Sequence record: ON229909.1
DNA length: 64,000 nucleotides
DNA from: Escherichia phage vB_EcoM_CE1
Strand: one strand, 5' to 3'
In this document: positions 47,443 to 57,707 of the stretch, one piece after another
Numbering within the stretch: the first letter of the stretch is position 1
Layout of the letters: each line of letters opens with the position of its first letter
Translations under genes and position numbers: made by a program
The notes under the pieces: model-generated
What the model saw: the letters and a program-made list of their open reading frames with translations, nothing else
Databases searched by the model: none
What the model was told of the DNA's origin: nothing

Positions 47443-47450
47443 GGAACACC

Positions 47451-48464
47451 ATGAAAACTCGTTCTCAAATTGAAGATATGGTTCGTAATGCCAGTTATAC
47501 TCGTGATGTTATGACATTTTTGTGTGAAAATAATTTAGACCCTGATAAAGTTAATCGTGTTATTCATCACTTTAAGTATACGAATAGCAGTGAATGGGTG
47601 CGTAATTTTAGCGAAGCAGGGTATATTACGCAAATGACGGCTCGTGAGCAGCTCACCGATTTCTGTAAAACTATTGATTATAAAAATCCTCTATTTGTTC
47701 AAGGCGTTGGTCAAAGTAAGGTCGATTTATCAACAGGATTTTTTAATCCAAATCATTATCGTCTTGAATGGAGATTTATTGCTCTATTCCGTAAACAATT
47801 AAAACAAATTTTATCAACTGCGAGTCGATTGAAAGGTTCTGATATTAACTTAAAGAATCTGAAATTTGATGGTTATACTCTTCAGATGGAAGTAAGACCA
47901 TTAAAAGAAAATAATAGAACTGCACGAATTAGCTTTAAACCTAATACAAAAAATTCTCTTTCAATTTGTGAATGCCTTAAATCGCAGTTGACAGAAGCAT
48001 TTAAGTATATGGATGTTGTTGCCGCTGTTCAGTCTAAGATTTCACAGCATTTCTTAGACACAACATATGAACTTGATATGATCGTTTCATTTAAATACGA
48101 TTTTTTGAGAAAGGACGAAGTCACGCAAGAGAAAAAACAGGAAGTGCAAGATAACTTAAATTTAAATTTATCCAATTACTTATCAAACGATCCTAAATTT
48201 TGGATGTATAGTTCAGGTAATAAAAATGCATGGAAATTCAATAAAGTGAATTTTCTTCCTACTGAAAATTCAAATTTTAAACCTGTAGAAAAATGGCACG
48301 CTGACGCGATTGAGAAGTCTCTTAAGGCAGTAGATGATGAACTCGTTAAAGCAACTAATGAAGTGTTAGAAGCTGAAAAGATGTTAGAAAAAGCTCAAGA
48401 AAAAGTCAAAAATCTCACGAAGCAACGTTCTAAACTGAACAATGCACTAAATGCACTGAACTAG
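47451..48464 (+). CDS. hypothetical protein with C-terminal coiled coil
   Basis: 337 aa. Confidence 0.55.
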   Translation: MKTRSQIEDMVRNASYTRDVMTFLCENNLDPDKVNRVIHHFKYTNSSEWVRNFSEAGYITQMTAREQLTDFCKTIDYKNPLFVQGVGQSKVDLSTGFFNPNHYRLEWRFIALFRKQLKQILSTASRLKGSDINLKNLKFDGYTLQMEVRPLKENNRTARISFKPNTKNSLSICECLKSQLTEAFKYMDVVAAVQSKISQHFLDTTYELDMIVSFKYDFLRKDEVTQEKKQEVQDNLNLNLSNYLSNDPKFWMYSSGNKNAWKFNKVNFLPTENSNFKPVEKWHADAIEKSLKAVDDELVKATNEVLEAEKMLEKAQEKVKNLTKQRSKLNNALNALN

Positions 48465-48493
48465 TTTACTTTACCACAAGGATGTGGTATAAT
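48464..48493 (+). promoter_or_regulatory. T4-type early promoter (TGtGGTATAAT)
   Basis: gtttac plus extended -10 28 nt before ATG 48522. Confidence 0.65.
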
Positions 48494-48521
48494 GTTCTTA
48501 CTTTCTACTGAGGAGATTAAT

Positions 48522-49448
48522 ATGACTCGTAAACATTATATTGATTATTTTGACAGTCTTATTACTAAACACCGTAATTATCAGATTGGGCACAGAGCAG
48601 TAATCAATAATATTCTTCGTGATTTCCTTCAATATGTTGGCCAGGAAAATCATATCTGTAAAGATACTCAAAACGCTTATTCTCATTCGTTAGGCAATTT
48701 GCTTCAATGGTTTAAACGTTCTCGTCTGTTATCTTCTACTGTAGCTCGCGATAACATTAAAAACTTTATGAAGCCGAGATTCATTAAAACTGCGACATCT
48801 ATAACCGATTTGGTTGAATTTACTATTGTTAACGATGTTAAAAAGACCCATTTAGCTGATTGGTTATCTACCATTCCTGAAACTAAATTTGCTGATAAAT
48901 TCGCTTGTCAATTCAATGACCAAGTGAATATGCTTTTTAAGCATGCTCGTAAACTATTTACCGCGGGCGATGACCGTACAAATACAGTTCATGTTAAGGA
49001 CTGGGTTATTGCTGATGAAGTAACACACAAGCCAGGTGGTTCATCAGTATTAATTAATATCCAGGTTCCTTATTATTACTCACGTAATCTCGGCACCATG
49101 ACAGCTAGAGAAATTAATAAGCATAACAAAACTATTCGTTCGCTGTCTTATAAACTCTGCACGATGGTGGAGATGATGGACGTAGTGGAAATGTATGATG
49201 AAACCGAAGATAATGGTTCAATGTTATACAGTTCACGCATTCTAATTAAACTGAAGAACCCTAATACATATAAGCCAGTTGTAAAAGAACCTAAAGTAGA
49301 AAAGATTGATAACTTGAGCGAAGAACGCGAATATCTCAATGCTCGTTTGATTGAAGTTGAAGTCCAGATTGCCGAACATACCAAATTGTTAAAAGCTCTT
49401 AATGCAAAAGCAAATGGTTTACGTAATGCTATTGAGGTATTGAAATGA
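48522..49448 (+). CDS. hypothetical protein with C-terminal coiled coil
   Basis: ORF track 48492..49448; start at ATG 48522 with SD gaggag. Confidence 0.55.
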   Translation: MTRKHYIDYFDSLITKHRNYQIGHRAVINNILRDFLQYVGQENHICKDTQNAYSHSLGNLLQWFKRSRLLSSTVARDNIKNFMKPRFIKTATSITDLVEFTIVNDVKKTHLADWLSTIPETKFADKFACQFNDQVNMLFKHARKLFTAGDDRTNTVHVKDWVIADEVTHKPGGSSVLINIQVPYYYSRNLGTMTAREINKHNKTIRSLSYKLCTMVEMMDVVEMYDETEDNGSMLYSSRILIKLKNPNTYKPVVKEPKVEKIDNLSEEREYLNARLIEVEVQIAEHTKLLKALNAKANGLRNAIEVLK

Positions 49449-49762
49449 AAAAGCGTCTATTAGAAGATATTGCAGCTTCAAGTAATTCCAGTCTAATTAA
49501 AATCATTATGGCTGGTGAAGAAGACGATCTGGAAATGCGTGGAAAGATTCATGGCTGTGACGATCTAGACTTTAAACCTCCTGCTTGGGATGCCATTATG
49601 GTTATGGTTGAACGCCGCGAAAGGGCTTCTAAGAATGTTCCGAACTGCCCAAAATGTGGTACTGAACAGGTCCAATTGATTAACTGGCGTAAACCAGAGC
49701 TTGAATATAAATGTCGTCATTGCAAACACCGATTTAACCGAGAAGAAAATGACCAAGCGTAA
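49445..49762 (+). CDS. hypothetical zinc-ribbon protein
   Basis: 105 aa; CPKCG...CRHCKH. Confidence 0.5.
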
Positions 49763-49922
49763 AGAATATATGGAGACTGCTGAAAAGGCAGTCCGTGAAT
49801 TAGCAATAGCTTATTATAATGAACATGGTAAATTTCCTGATAGATACAGCGTGCTTAAATCAGCTTTAACTCGTTCATATAAAAATATGCTATCAGAAGT
49901 AAGTGATATTATACAAACATAA
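49749..49922 (+). CDS. hypothetical protein
   Basis: ORF track 49701..49922; start uncertain. Confidence 0.4.
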
Positions 49923-49990
49923 AGAACAAACGGGCCAAAGTCTTGATTACGACGAGACTTTTAAACAAGTATTAGGAATTAAGGAATAAT

Positions 49991-50254
49991 ATGTTTAAAG
50001 TATATGGTTATGATAGCAACATACACAAATGTGTGTATTGCGATAATGCAAAACGTCTTTTGACTGTGAAGAAACAGCCGTTTGAATTTATCAATATTAT
50101 GCCGGAAAAAGGTGTTTTTGATGATGAGAAAATCGCTGAGCTTCTGACTAAACTGGGTCGTGATACTCAAATCGGATTGACGATGCCTCAGGTATTTGCT
50201 CCTGACGGAAGTCATATTGGTGGATTTGACCAACTGCGAGAATATTTTAAATGA
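49991..50254 (+). CDS. nrdC: glutaredoxin/thioredoxin
   Basis: 87 aa, CVYC active site, matches remembered T4 NrdC. Confidence 0.9.
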   Translation: MFKVYGYDSNIHKCVYCDNAKRLLTVKKQPFEFINIMPEKGVFDDEKIAELLTKLGRDTQIGLTMPQVFAPDGSHIGGFDQLREYFK

Positions 50255-50466
50255 TGCTCGAAGGAACTGACTATATTCATGACTACCGCGGAAGCGCGGT
50301 ATATGTAGGTGATGAAGTCGCAGTTTATTATGGATATGGAACTTTGATGACAGCCAAGGTTATTCAAATTAAAAATAATCGTGCTAAACTTGAAGTTTAT
50401 TATTCTAACGGTGAAAAGTCTATTTCTAAATGGAAATACGGCGATTGTATGGTCAAACTGGGGTAA
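50251..50466 (+). CDS. hypothetical protein
   Basis: 71 aa ORF. Confidence 0.45.
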   Translation: MMLEGTDYIHDYRGSAVYVGDEVAVYYGYGTLMTAKVIQIKNNRAKLEVYYSNGEKSISKWKYGDCMVKLG

Positions 50467-50468
50467 AT

Positions 50469-50639
50469 ATGATTTACGATATTAGTGTATCAAGAACTCC
50501 GTCAATGGTTACTATTCCAGCTGAAGAATTAGATCGTCTTCAGAAAATTGAAGAACTTCTTTGGGAAATTGAATATGATTTGCCATCAGGACTAGAATCC
50601 TGGATTGATTATGAAGAACTTAATAAGCTTCGGGGTTAA
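50469..50639 (+). CDS. hypothetical protein
   Basis: ORF track 50430..50639; start at MIYDISV. Confidence 0.45.
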   Translation: MIYDISVSRTPSMVTIPAEELDRLQKIEELLWEIEYDLPSGLESWIDYEELNKLRG

Positions 50640-50743
50640 ACCTTGGTGGGCGGTTAGATGGGAAACTGTAGAGCCAGAGCCGGAAGAACCGGTTTACACT
50701 GATGAAGAAACAGTATATAATGAACCTACAATAAATGACATAA

Positions 50744-51208
50744 TTGATATGGAGATGGGACATGATTGCAGTAGATAAGTGGTTTAGAATTAATCGTGCT
50801 GATAAAGAGCTGTGTAATTACTGGCCGGAACTTAGTGCAGGTACTGTCTTTAAAGTTCGTGAACTTGTAAAAGAATGTGAAGATGATATAGAACCTGATA
50901 TTGGAATTATTGAAATTGAACTTTCTGATGGAAAGATTATTAACATCTACGATAAGCCAACTGCCTATTGGTGCTTGTGGAACACTGAATCAGTAGAAAA
51001 TGGCGAAATTGAAGAAGTCGTAGAACGAGTTGATCAAGCTATTCATAAACCTAAAGCCGCTTTTCAGGGTGAACGTATTTCATATGCATTAGCTAAATTA
51101 GCTGCACAAGAAAATAACGATGGTTATGAAGGAAATTTGATGCAAGCTGCGGCAGAATATATTGAATGGCTTGAAACTCAAATTTCTTTTTCTGACCGAG
51201 CATTTTAA
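50744..51208 (+). CDS. hypothetical protein (position of T4 pin/49.x; identity not confirmed)
   Basis: 154 aa ORF between nrdC and 49. Confidence 0.5.
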   Translation: MIWRWDMIAVDKWFRINRADKELCNYWPELSAGTVFKVRELVKECEDDIEPDIGIIEIELSDGKIINIYDKPTAYWCLWNTESVENGEIEEVVERVDQAIHKPKAAFQGERISYALAKLAAQENNDGYEGNLMQAAAEYIEWLETQISFSDRAF

Positions 51209-51384
51209 TGAAAACTGAATTGATTTATACTGAAAAGTTAAATGGTGGTAAAGTCTGGAAACTTTTTATTAAAGGAAGTCCTACTGACCCTAATATGACC
51301 ACTTGTGTAGGAACTTATTCTCGTCCTACTAAAAAGATGATTCGACAATATAAGCGATTGCATCGAATGTTTTACAATACTTGA
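51208..51384 (+). CDS. hypothetical small protein
   Basis: 58 aa ORF found by hand. Confidence 0.4.
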   Translation: MKTELIYTEKLNGGKVWKLFIKGSPTDPNMTTCVGTYSRPTKKMIRQYKRLHRMFYNT

Positions 51385-51426
51385 AAATAATAAATACCCT
51401 TATCTATTTAAGGTAAGGGTTTTATT

Positions 51427-51900
51427 ATGTTATTGACTGGCAAATTATATAAAGAAGAAAAACAAAAATTTTATAATGTACAAAACGGTAAATGCTTAAT
51501 TTGCCAACGAGAATTAAATCCTGATGTTCAAGCTAATCACCTTGACCATGACCATGAATTAAATGGACCGAAAGCTGGAAAGGTACGTGGATTGCTTTGT
51601 AATCTGTGTAATGCTGCAGAAGGTCAAATGAAACACAAATTTAATCGTTCTGGCTTAAAGGGACAAGGCGTTGATTATCTTGAATGGTTAGAAAATTTAC
51701 TTACTTATTTAAAATCCGATTACACCCAAAATAATATTCACCCTAACTTCGTTGGAGATAAATCAAAGGAATTTTCTCGTTTAGGAAAAGAGGAAATGAT
51801 GGCTGAGATGCTTCAAAGAGGATTTGAATATAATGAATCTGACACCAAAACACAATTAATAGCTTCATTTAAGAAGCAGCTTAGAAAGAGTTTAAAATGA
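51427..51900 (+). CDS. 49: recombination endonuclease VII (Holliday junction resolvase)
   Basis: 157 aa, matches remembered T4 gp49. Confidence 0.9.
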   Translation: MLLTGKLYKEEKQKFYNVQNGKCLICQRELNPDVQANHLDHDHELNGPKAGKVRGLLCNLCNAAEGQMKHKFNRSGLKGQGVDYLEWLENLLTYLKSDYTQNNIHPNFVGDKSKEFSRLGKEEMMAEMLQRGFEYNESDTKTQLIASFKKQLRKSLK

Positions 51901-52434
51901 CAATTGAAAAAGAAATTGAAGGATTAATTCATAAAACTAATAAAGACCTTTTAAACGAGAATGCTAATAAAGATTCTCGTGTTTTTCCAACTCAACGGGA
52001 CCTTATGGCTGGTATTGTGTCTAAACACATTGCCAAAAATATGGTTCCGTCTTTTATTATGAAAGCGCATGAAAGCGGAATTATTCACGTGCACGATATT
52101 GATTATTCCCCTGCTCTTCCATTTACTAATTGCTGTTTAGTAGATTTAAAAGGAATGCTTGAGAACGGATTTAAGCTCGGTAATGCGCAGATTGAAACTC
52201 CTAAATCAATTGGCGTTGCTACTGCAATTATGGCACAAATTACCGCACAGGTTGCTTCACACCAGTACGGCGGAACGACTTTTGCGAATGTAGATAAAGT
52301 ACTTTCTCCTTATGTTAAACGTACCTACGCAAAACACATTGAGGATGCAGAAAAATGGCAAATCGCAGATGCATTGAATTATGCCCAATCTAAAACAGAA
52401 AAAGACGTATACGATGCATTCCAGGCGTATGAGT
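51897..52434 (+). CDS. nrdD: anaerobic ribonucleotide reductase, exon 1
   Basis: Matches T4 NrdD N-terminus; exon ends at U 52434; join with 53480..54759 gives 605 aa, the T4 NrdD length. Confidence 0.8.
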
Positions 52435-52645
52435 TAATTTAATTCAGGCTCATGTAAAACCGGTCTAAACGGGGAACCTCTCTAGTAGACAATCCCGTGC
52501 TAAATGTTCTTTTGAACTAAATGCCTAACGACTAACCGTGATGAATGTAGCGGTGTAGAATAGAAGCTAATGCTATTCGAAACGGCCGGCATCGAAAGAT
52601 GAAGATATAGTCTAATCTGCATGGCGACATGCAGCAGTCATCTTG

Positions 52646-52653
52646 TATAAATA
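52646..52653 (+). promoter_or_regulatory. T4-type late promoter TATAAATA for intron ORF
   Basis: Exact TATAAATA 30 nt upstream of I-TevII ATG. Confidence 0.6.
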
Positions 52654-52682
52654 AGATTATCTTATGAATACGAGATGAAACA

Positions 52683-53453
52683 ATGAAATGGATAAAAAGA
52701 CGTTGTACTAAAATAAAAGATAAAGACGCATTTACATACTTAGTTAAGTTTTCTAATGGCGACATTTATATCGGTTATAAAAAATTTAGAACAATTAAAA
52801 ACAAGCCCACAAACTGGAAAACTTACACAACGTCATCTAAGTATATAAATGAACGCTTAAAAACTGATACACCTACTAAATGGATAATTTTAAAAACATT
52901 TGATAGTTATAAAGATGCATTAAAACATGAAGAAGAGGTCATACGTAAATATTTTTATAGCAAAAAATGTTTAAATAAATCCATAGGCGGTAAAAAGTTT
53001 TATAAGCATCCGGATACTGAAGAACATATTCAAAAATTAAGAGATGCTCATAAGGGTAAAGTGTTATCCGAATCTCATAAAAACAATATAAAATCTTCTG
53101 TAGCTGAATATTATGCTAAAAACGGAAGATCTAAGGAACATGTGCAAAATAATATCAATAGTCGAAAAAGTAAAAAACAAGTATCGATAAAGCTTAAAAA
53201 TAAAACTTTTAGAAGTTTTAAAAAAGCAGCGGAATATTTAAATTGCACTGAAAGTGAAGTCGAAACTCATCCTCTTGTTTTGAGTATTAAGACTACTATT
53301 CATAAAGTTCCTGAATATGTGGTTGTTGACGGTATTAAGTATACGTCTTATATAGAAGCAGCTAAAGCGCTAAATTTTCATCCTAGCACTATAAAAGAAC
53401 GTTGCATATCTATGGACTATCCAAATTTTGTTGTTTCATATAAACGGGCATGA
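52683..53453 (+). CDS. I-TevII: intron-encoded GIY-YIG homing endonuclease I-TevII
   Basis: 256 aa, GIY-YIG motif DIYIGYKK, inside nrdD intron. Confidence 0.85.
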   Translation: MKWIKRRCTKIKDKDAFTYLVKFSNGDIYIGYKKFRTIKNKPTNWKTYTTSSKYINERLKTDTPTKWIILKTFDSYKDALKHEEEVIRKYFYSKKCLNKSIGGKKFYKHPDTEEHIQKLRDAHKGKVLSESHKNNIKSSVAEYYAKNGRSKEHVQNNINSRKSKKQVSIKLKNKTFRSFKKAAEYLNCTESEVETHPLVLSIKTTIHKVPEYVVVDGIKYTSYIEAAKALNFHPSTIKERCISMDYPNFVVSYKRA

Positions 53454-53479
53454 ATTTGCGACTCATGCTGAATATAATG

Positions 53480-54759
53480 ATGAAGTAAATACACTTTTCA
53501 GCTCTAATGGACAAACGCCTTTTGTAACAATTACGTTTGGCACGGGAACTGACTGGACTGAACGAATGATTCAGAAAGCAATTCTGAAAAATCGCATTAA
53601 AGGTCTTGGCCGTGATGGGATAACTCCTATTTTCCCTAAGCTTGTTATGTTCGTTGAAGAGGGTGTTAATCTTTATAAAGACGATCCGAACTATGATATT
53701 AAGCAGCTTGCTTTAGAGTGCGCAAGCAAAAGGATGTATCCTGATATTATTTCAGCCAAGAACAATAAAGCTATCACAGGTTCATCTATTCCTGTTTCTC
53801 CAATGGGTTGCCGCAGTTTCTTAAGTGTATGGAAAGATTCGACTGGTAATGAAATTCTTGATGGACGTAATAATCTTGGCGTTGTAACACTGAATCTTCC
53901 TCGTATTGCGTTAGATTCTTATATTGGAACACAGTTCAATGAACAGAAATTTGCCGAATTGTTCAATGAACGAATGGATTTGTGTTTTGAAGCTTTGATG
54001 TGTAGAATTAGTTCCTTAAAAGGAGTTAAAGCGACTGTTGCTCCTATTCTTTACCAAGAAGGTGCATTCGGGGTTCGTCTTAAACCTGATGATGACATAA
54101 TTGAGTTATTTAAAAATGGTAGAAGTTCAGTGTCCCTAGGATACATCGGTATTCACGAATTGAATATTCTTGTCGGTCGTGATATTGGACAGGAAATTTT
54201 AACTAAAATGAATGCACATCTTAAGCAGTGGACTGAAAGAACTGGTTTTGCTTTTAGCTTGTATTCTACACCTGCTGAAAACTTGTGTTATCGCTTCTGT
54301 AAACTCGATACCGAAAAATATGGAAGTGTAAAGGATGTTACTGATAAAGGCTGGTACACTAACAGTTTCCACGTTTCAGTAGAAGAAAATATTACTCCGT
54401 TTGAAAAGATTTCTCGCGAAGCACCATATCATTTCATTGCGACAGGTGGTCACATTTCTTATGTTGAACTTCCTGATATGAAAAATAACCTAAAAGGTCT
54501 TGAGGCTGTATGGGATTATGCTGCACAACATTTAGATTATTTTGGTGTTAATATGCCAGTAGATAAATGTTTTACATGTGGAAGTACCCATGAAATGACT
54601 CCTACTGAAAACGGATTTGTTTGTTCTATTTGTGGAGAAACTGATCCTAAAAAGATGAACACAATAAGAAGAACATGCGGATATCTTGGAACTCCTAGCG
54701 TTGTTCCATGGAATTTAGGTAAAATGAAAGAAATGGTAAAACGAGTAAAACATGCATAG
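53480..54759 (+). CDS. nrdD: anaerobic ribonucleotide reductase, exon 2
   Basis: Continues NrdD frame to stop at 54757-54759. Confidence 0.8.
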
Positions 54760-55582
54760 GTATTATATAATTTATAAAATAACAAATATAATTAATTCAA
54801 AGGAATATATCGGTGCGCATAGCACCGATAACATAAATGACGGTTATATGGGGTCAGGAACATTGATTCGTGCCGCTTTATTAAAATATGGTAGAAAAAA
54901 TTTTAATAAAGAAATTTTACATGTTTTTGATAATGAAAAACAAATGTATGATAAAGAAGCTGAACTTGTAACCGAAGAGTATTGTCTAAAAGAAAATACA
55001 TATAATATTAAACCTGGTGGAAAAGGTGGAACTGCCTATGAACAGACACTTGAACATCGCCGCAAAAATAGTTTAGCAAATAAAGGTAAAAAGAGAACAG
55101 AAGAAACTAAAATAGCTATTTCACGTGCTTTAAAGAAATATAAACGTACGCCAGAGCATCAAGCAAATTTAAATAAAGCCGTAAGCATAGCTATGAAGCG
55201 AAAAGATGTTAGAAGTAAATTAGCTGGAGAGCGGTCTGAGAAAGATAAATTATCTATATCAAACGGTGTTAAAAAATATTACAATTCTTTGAGTGAAGAA
55301 GAACGCGAACTTCATCGCAAGCGAATTATTGAAGGTAAAAAGAATTCTCCCATGTCATTGGAATCTAGACAAAAGCTTTCAAAAGCTTTAAAAGGACTTC
55401 AAGTTGGTTCAAAAAATCCAATGTATGGAAAAATTTCTCCAACTAGCAAAACCGTTTCAGTTGACGGTATTAAATATGATTCAATTAAAAAGTGCTCAAA
55501 TGCCATAAAAGTTTCTAGACATCTTATACTAAAACGCTGTAATTCTACTGATGAAGCTTGGAAAAATTGGATATTATTATGA
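54752..55582 (+). CDS. GIY-YIG homing endonuclease, SegB paralog
   Basis: N-terminus YYIIYKITN..YIGAHS..GYMGSG closely parallels segB in this window; start overlaps nrdD end, stop overlaps nrdG start. Confidence 0.75.
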   Translation: MHRYYIIYKITNIINSKEYIGAHSTDNINDGYMGSGTLIRAALLKYGRKNFNKEILHVFDNEKQMYDKEAELVTEEYCLKENTYNIKPGGKGGTAYEQTLEHRRKNSLANKGKKRTEETKIAISRALKKYKRTPEHQANLNKAVSIAMKRKDVRSKLAGERSEKDKLSISNGVKKYYNSLSEEERELHRKRIIEGKKNSPMSLESRQKLSKALKGLQVGSKNPMYGKISPTSKTVSVDGIKYDSIKKCSNAIKVSRHLILKRCNSTDEAWKNWILL

Positions 55583-56049
55583 ATTATGACAGAATATACC
55601 CGTGCTGCTTTGTAAATGGCCCTGGATGCAGGGTCGTTCTTTTCGTTACGGGGTGTTTGCATAAATGTGAAGGGTGTTATAATAAATCAACATGGAATGC
55701 TAGAAATGGCGTTCCATTCACTGGTGAAACACTAGAACAATTAATTGAATGTTTGAATAATGATTATATAGAAGGATTAACTATAACTGGAGGAGACCCT
55801 CTTTATCCTGATAACCGAGATGATGTTCATTGCATTGTTCAAACGGTAAAAAATCTTTATCCGAATAAAAGCATTTGGTTGTGGACAGGATATAAGTTTG
55901 AAGATATTAAACAACTAGAAATGCTTAAATATGTTGATGTTATTATTGATGGGAAGTATGAGAAAAATCTTCCGACCAAAAAGCTGTGGCGAGGTTCAGA
56001 TAATCAGCGACTTTGGTCAAATACCGATGGGGTGTGGAAACATGATTAA
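55579..56049 (+). CDS. nrdG: anaerobic ribonucleotide reductase activating protein (radical SAM)
   Basis: ORF track 55558..56049 (TTG); ATG at 55579 gives 156 aa; CxxxCxxC motif. Confidence 0.85.
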   Translation: MNYDRIYPCCFVNGPGCRVVLFVTGCLHKCEGCYNKSTWNARNGVPFTGETLEQLIECLNNDYIEGLTITGGDPLYPDNRDDVHCIVQTVKNLYPNKSIWLWTGYKFEDIKQLEMLKYVDVIIDGKYEKNLPTKKLWRGSDNQRLWSNTDGVWKHD

Positions 56050-56163
56050 ACTGAATTATATTATTGATACTATAAATGATATGATTTTTCATTTTGGTCC
56101 AGAATTTTATTCGCAGTATAGTTTAGTACTTATCAATGCTTGGTTAATAAATTAAGGGTAAAT

Positions 56164-56376
56164 ATGTATAAATTTCGTAAAGGTTTAGCTGATTTTCTTA
56201 CAACTGTGACGTTCTTTTTGTTTATGGCAGTTGGAGCTATTTTTCTTATTCCTTTTATTGCTATATTTTTCGTGATTAGCTTAATTTCTCCAGAAAAAGG
56301 ACTATCTTCTAGCGAGTTCAATGAGCGTCTGGATAAAATTACTAACAAGCTGAATGCTGCTCTTAGTAAGGAATAG
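56164..56376 (+). CDS. small membrane protein
   Basis: ORF track 56140..56376; start at MYKFRKG; one TM segment. Confidence 0.45.
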   Translation: MYKFRKGLADFLTTVTFFLFMAVGAIFLIPFIAIFFVISLISPEKGLSSSEFNERLDKITNKLNAALSKE

Positions 56377-56378
56377 TT

Positions 56379-56687
56379 GTGAAACAAAACAAGATTGAAG
56401 TCTATGGAATTCCAGATGAAGTAGGTCGTTGTCCTGGATGTCAATCAGTTACAAAACTTCTAAAGGAGCTCAATGCTCCTTTTACTTTCTATAAAGTTCT
56501 TACAAATAATGGTAAGATTGAGTATGATCGTCCACTGATTGTATCTCTTGCTAAACGAGCTGGATTCACATCTCTTAACATTCGTTATCCAGTCATTTTC
56601 ATCAATGATTCTAGACAAAAGAACATTAAACACTTCAAAGAAACTCTCATTTCACTTGGATATGATAGAGATATCATAGAAGACTAA
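56379..56687 (+). CDS. nrdH: glutaredoxin-like protein
   Basis: 102 aa, CPGC motif, GTG start. Confidence 0.75.
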   Translation: MKQNKIEVYGIPDEVGRCPGCQSVTKLLKELNAPFTFYKVLTNNGKIEYDRPLIVSLAKRAGFTSLNIRYPVIFINDSRQKNIKHFKETLISLGYDRDIIED

Positions 56688-56690
56688 GAC

Positions 56691-56712
56691 GGGCCCTCTG
56701 GGCCTTTCTTTC
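56691..56712 (+). terminator. GC hairpin plus U-rich tract downstream of nrdH
   Basis: gggccc-tct-gggcct followed by tttctttc. Confidence 0.45.
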
Positions 56713-56786
56713 TCGCATTCTGTATATTACCATTCTAAGCTATCGTTCCCCTTCTTATCGTTCCCTAAAATAATTTTCACAAAGTT

Positions 56787-56816
56787 GTTTACAAGAAGTT
56801 CAAACTGTGGTATTAT
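56787..56816 (+). promoter_or_regulatory. T4-type early promoter
   Basis: ttcacaaagttgtttaca ... tggtattat. Confidence 0.65.
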
Positions 56817-56846
56817 TAACACATGAATTGCCTTTGAGGATTTGAT

Positions 56847-57029
56847 ATGGTTGTGGTTGATAAAGAAATTAAAAAGGGACAATATTATTTTATTAATGGT
56901 AATGTTGTTCGTGTTACTTATGTAAACGGTTTTGAAGTTTATTATCTTATACTCAAGTTACATAAACAGATGATTTGTGACCGTGCTGTATTTAGTTCAG
57001 TTGCTAAGGAAATTAAACTCCATGGGTAA
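56847..57029 (+). CDS. hypothetical protein
   Basis: 60 aa ORF. Confidence 0.45.
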   Translation: MVVVDKEIKKGQYYFINGNVVRVTYVNGFEVYYLILKLHKQMICDRAVFSSVAKEIKLHG

Positions 57030-57315
57030 AACGTATCGTCGTAAAGATTTAAAAGTGCGTGATTATGACTATTTCGGAAAGCGTAAAGCTCCTGATGGTG
57101 TAAGTCATAAAGATATGGTTGAAAACATTTTTCGCTCTGATAAATGGCGTAGAATGAAAGGCATTGATTCAGAAGTTAAAGATGAGCTAAATCGTCAATT
57201 GCGTGGTGAAGTAAGAAAGTTGAAAAAATCAGTTTACATTGACGATGATTTTGATTATAATACTTCTCAACGAGTTGCTAAGCGTAAATCAAACGAGTGT
57301 TATCGTTACAGCTGA
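57022..57315 (+). CDS. hypothetical basic protein
   Basis: ORF track 56977..57315; start at MGKTYRR. Confidence 0.45.
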   Translation: MGKTYRRKDLKVRDYDYFGKRKAPDGVSHKDMVENIFRSDKWRRMKGIDSEVKDELNRQLRGEVRKLKKSVYIDDDFDYNTSQRVAKRKSNECYRYS

Positions 57316-57322
57316 GGAAAAT

Positions 57323-57454
57323 ATGAATATCAAACGAATGCTTTTTAAACAAGGATTATACACTTTAAATGTTGCTCCAAAAGGCGATACGACCAAGTGG
57401 TCAGTAAATGACTGGATTAAATTCATTGATGAAAACGGTAACTGGAAAATTTAA
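57323..57454 (+). CDS. hypothetical small protein
   Basis: ORF track 57239..57454; start at MNIKRML. Confidence 0.4.
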   Translation: MNIKRMLFKQGLYTLNVAPKGDTTKWSVNDWIKFIDENGNWKI

Positions 57455-57655
57455 ATGAATCCTGAATCTAAATTATCACAACGAATTGCCGAAGCTCGTC
57501 GTCAGTTCTTTGAAAATATGATAGCCCAAGGTATTGATGACGAAGTTTTTCTGAACTGGTTTTGGAATCACAAATATTCAAAATGCGCAGGAGCAATATT
57601 AATATCAGCTGCAATGATGTACGAAGGCTGGAAGGGTGCCAAACAGTTTAGCTAA
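57455..57655 (+). CDS. hypothetical protein
   Basis: 66 aa ORF followed by terminator. Confidence 0.45.
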   Translation: MNPESKLSQRIAEARRQFFENMIAQGIDDEVFLNWFWNHKYSKCAGAILISAAMMYEGWKGAKQFS

Positions 57656-57672
57656 GGGCTTCGGCCCTTTTT
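57654..57672 (+). terminator. rho-independent terminator aagggc-UUCG-gccctt plus T-run
   Basis: Hairpin plus tttt. Confidence 0.6.
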
Positions 57673-57707
57673 GGATAATAAAATTTTAATGCAATTGAGG
57701 ATAATGT

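Larger units (their letters stand above)
52435..53479 (+). mobile_element. group I self-splicing intron (nrdD/sunY type) carrying I-TevII
   Basis: Structured core ggggaacctctctagtagacaatcccgtgc; boundaries inferred from frame restoration (terminal G at 53479). Confidence 0.7.

Noticed and set aside
50744-51208. Naming the 154-aa ORF as pin (protease inhibitor)
   Set aside because: Position fits the T4 pin/49.x neighbourhood but I cannot recall the Pin sequence well enough to confirm it; left unnamed.
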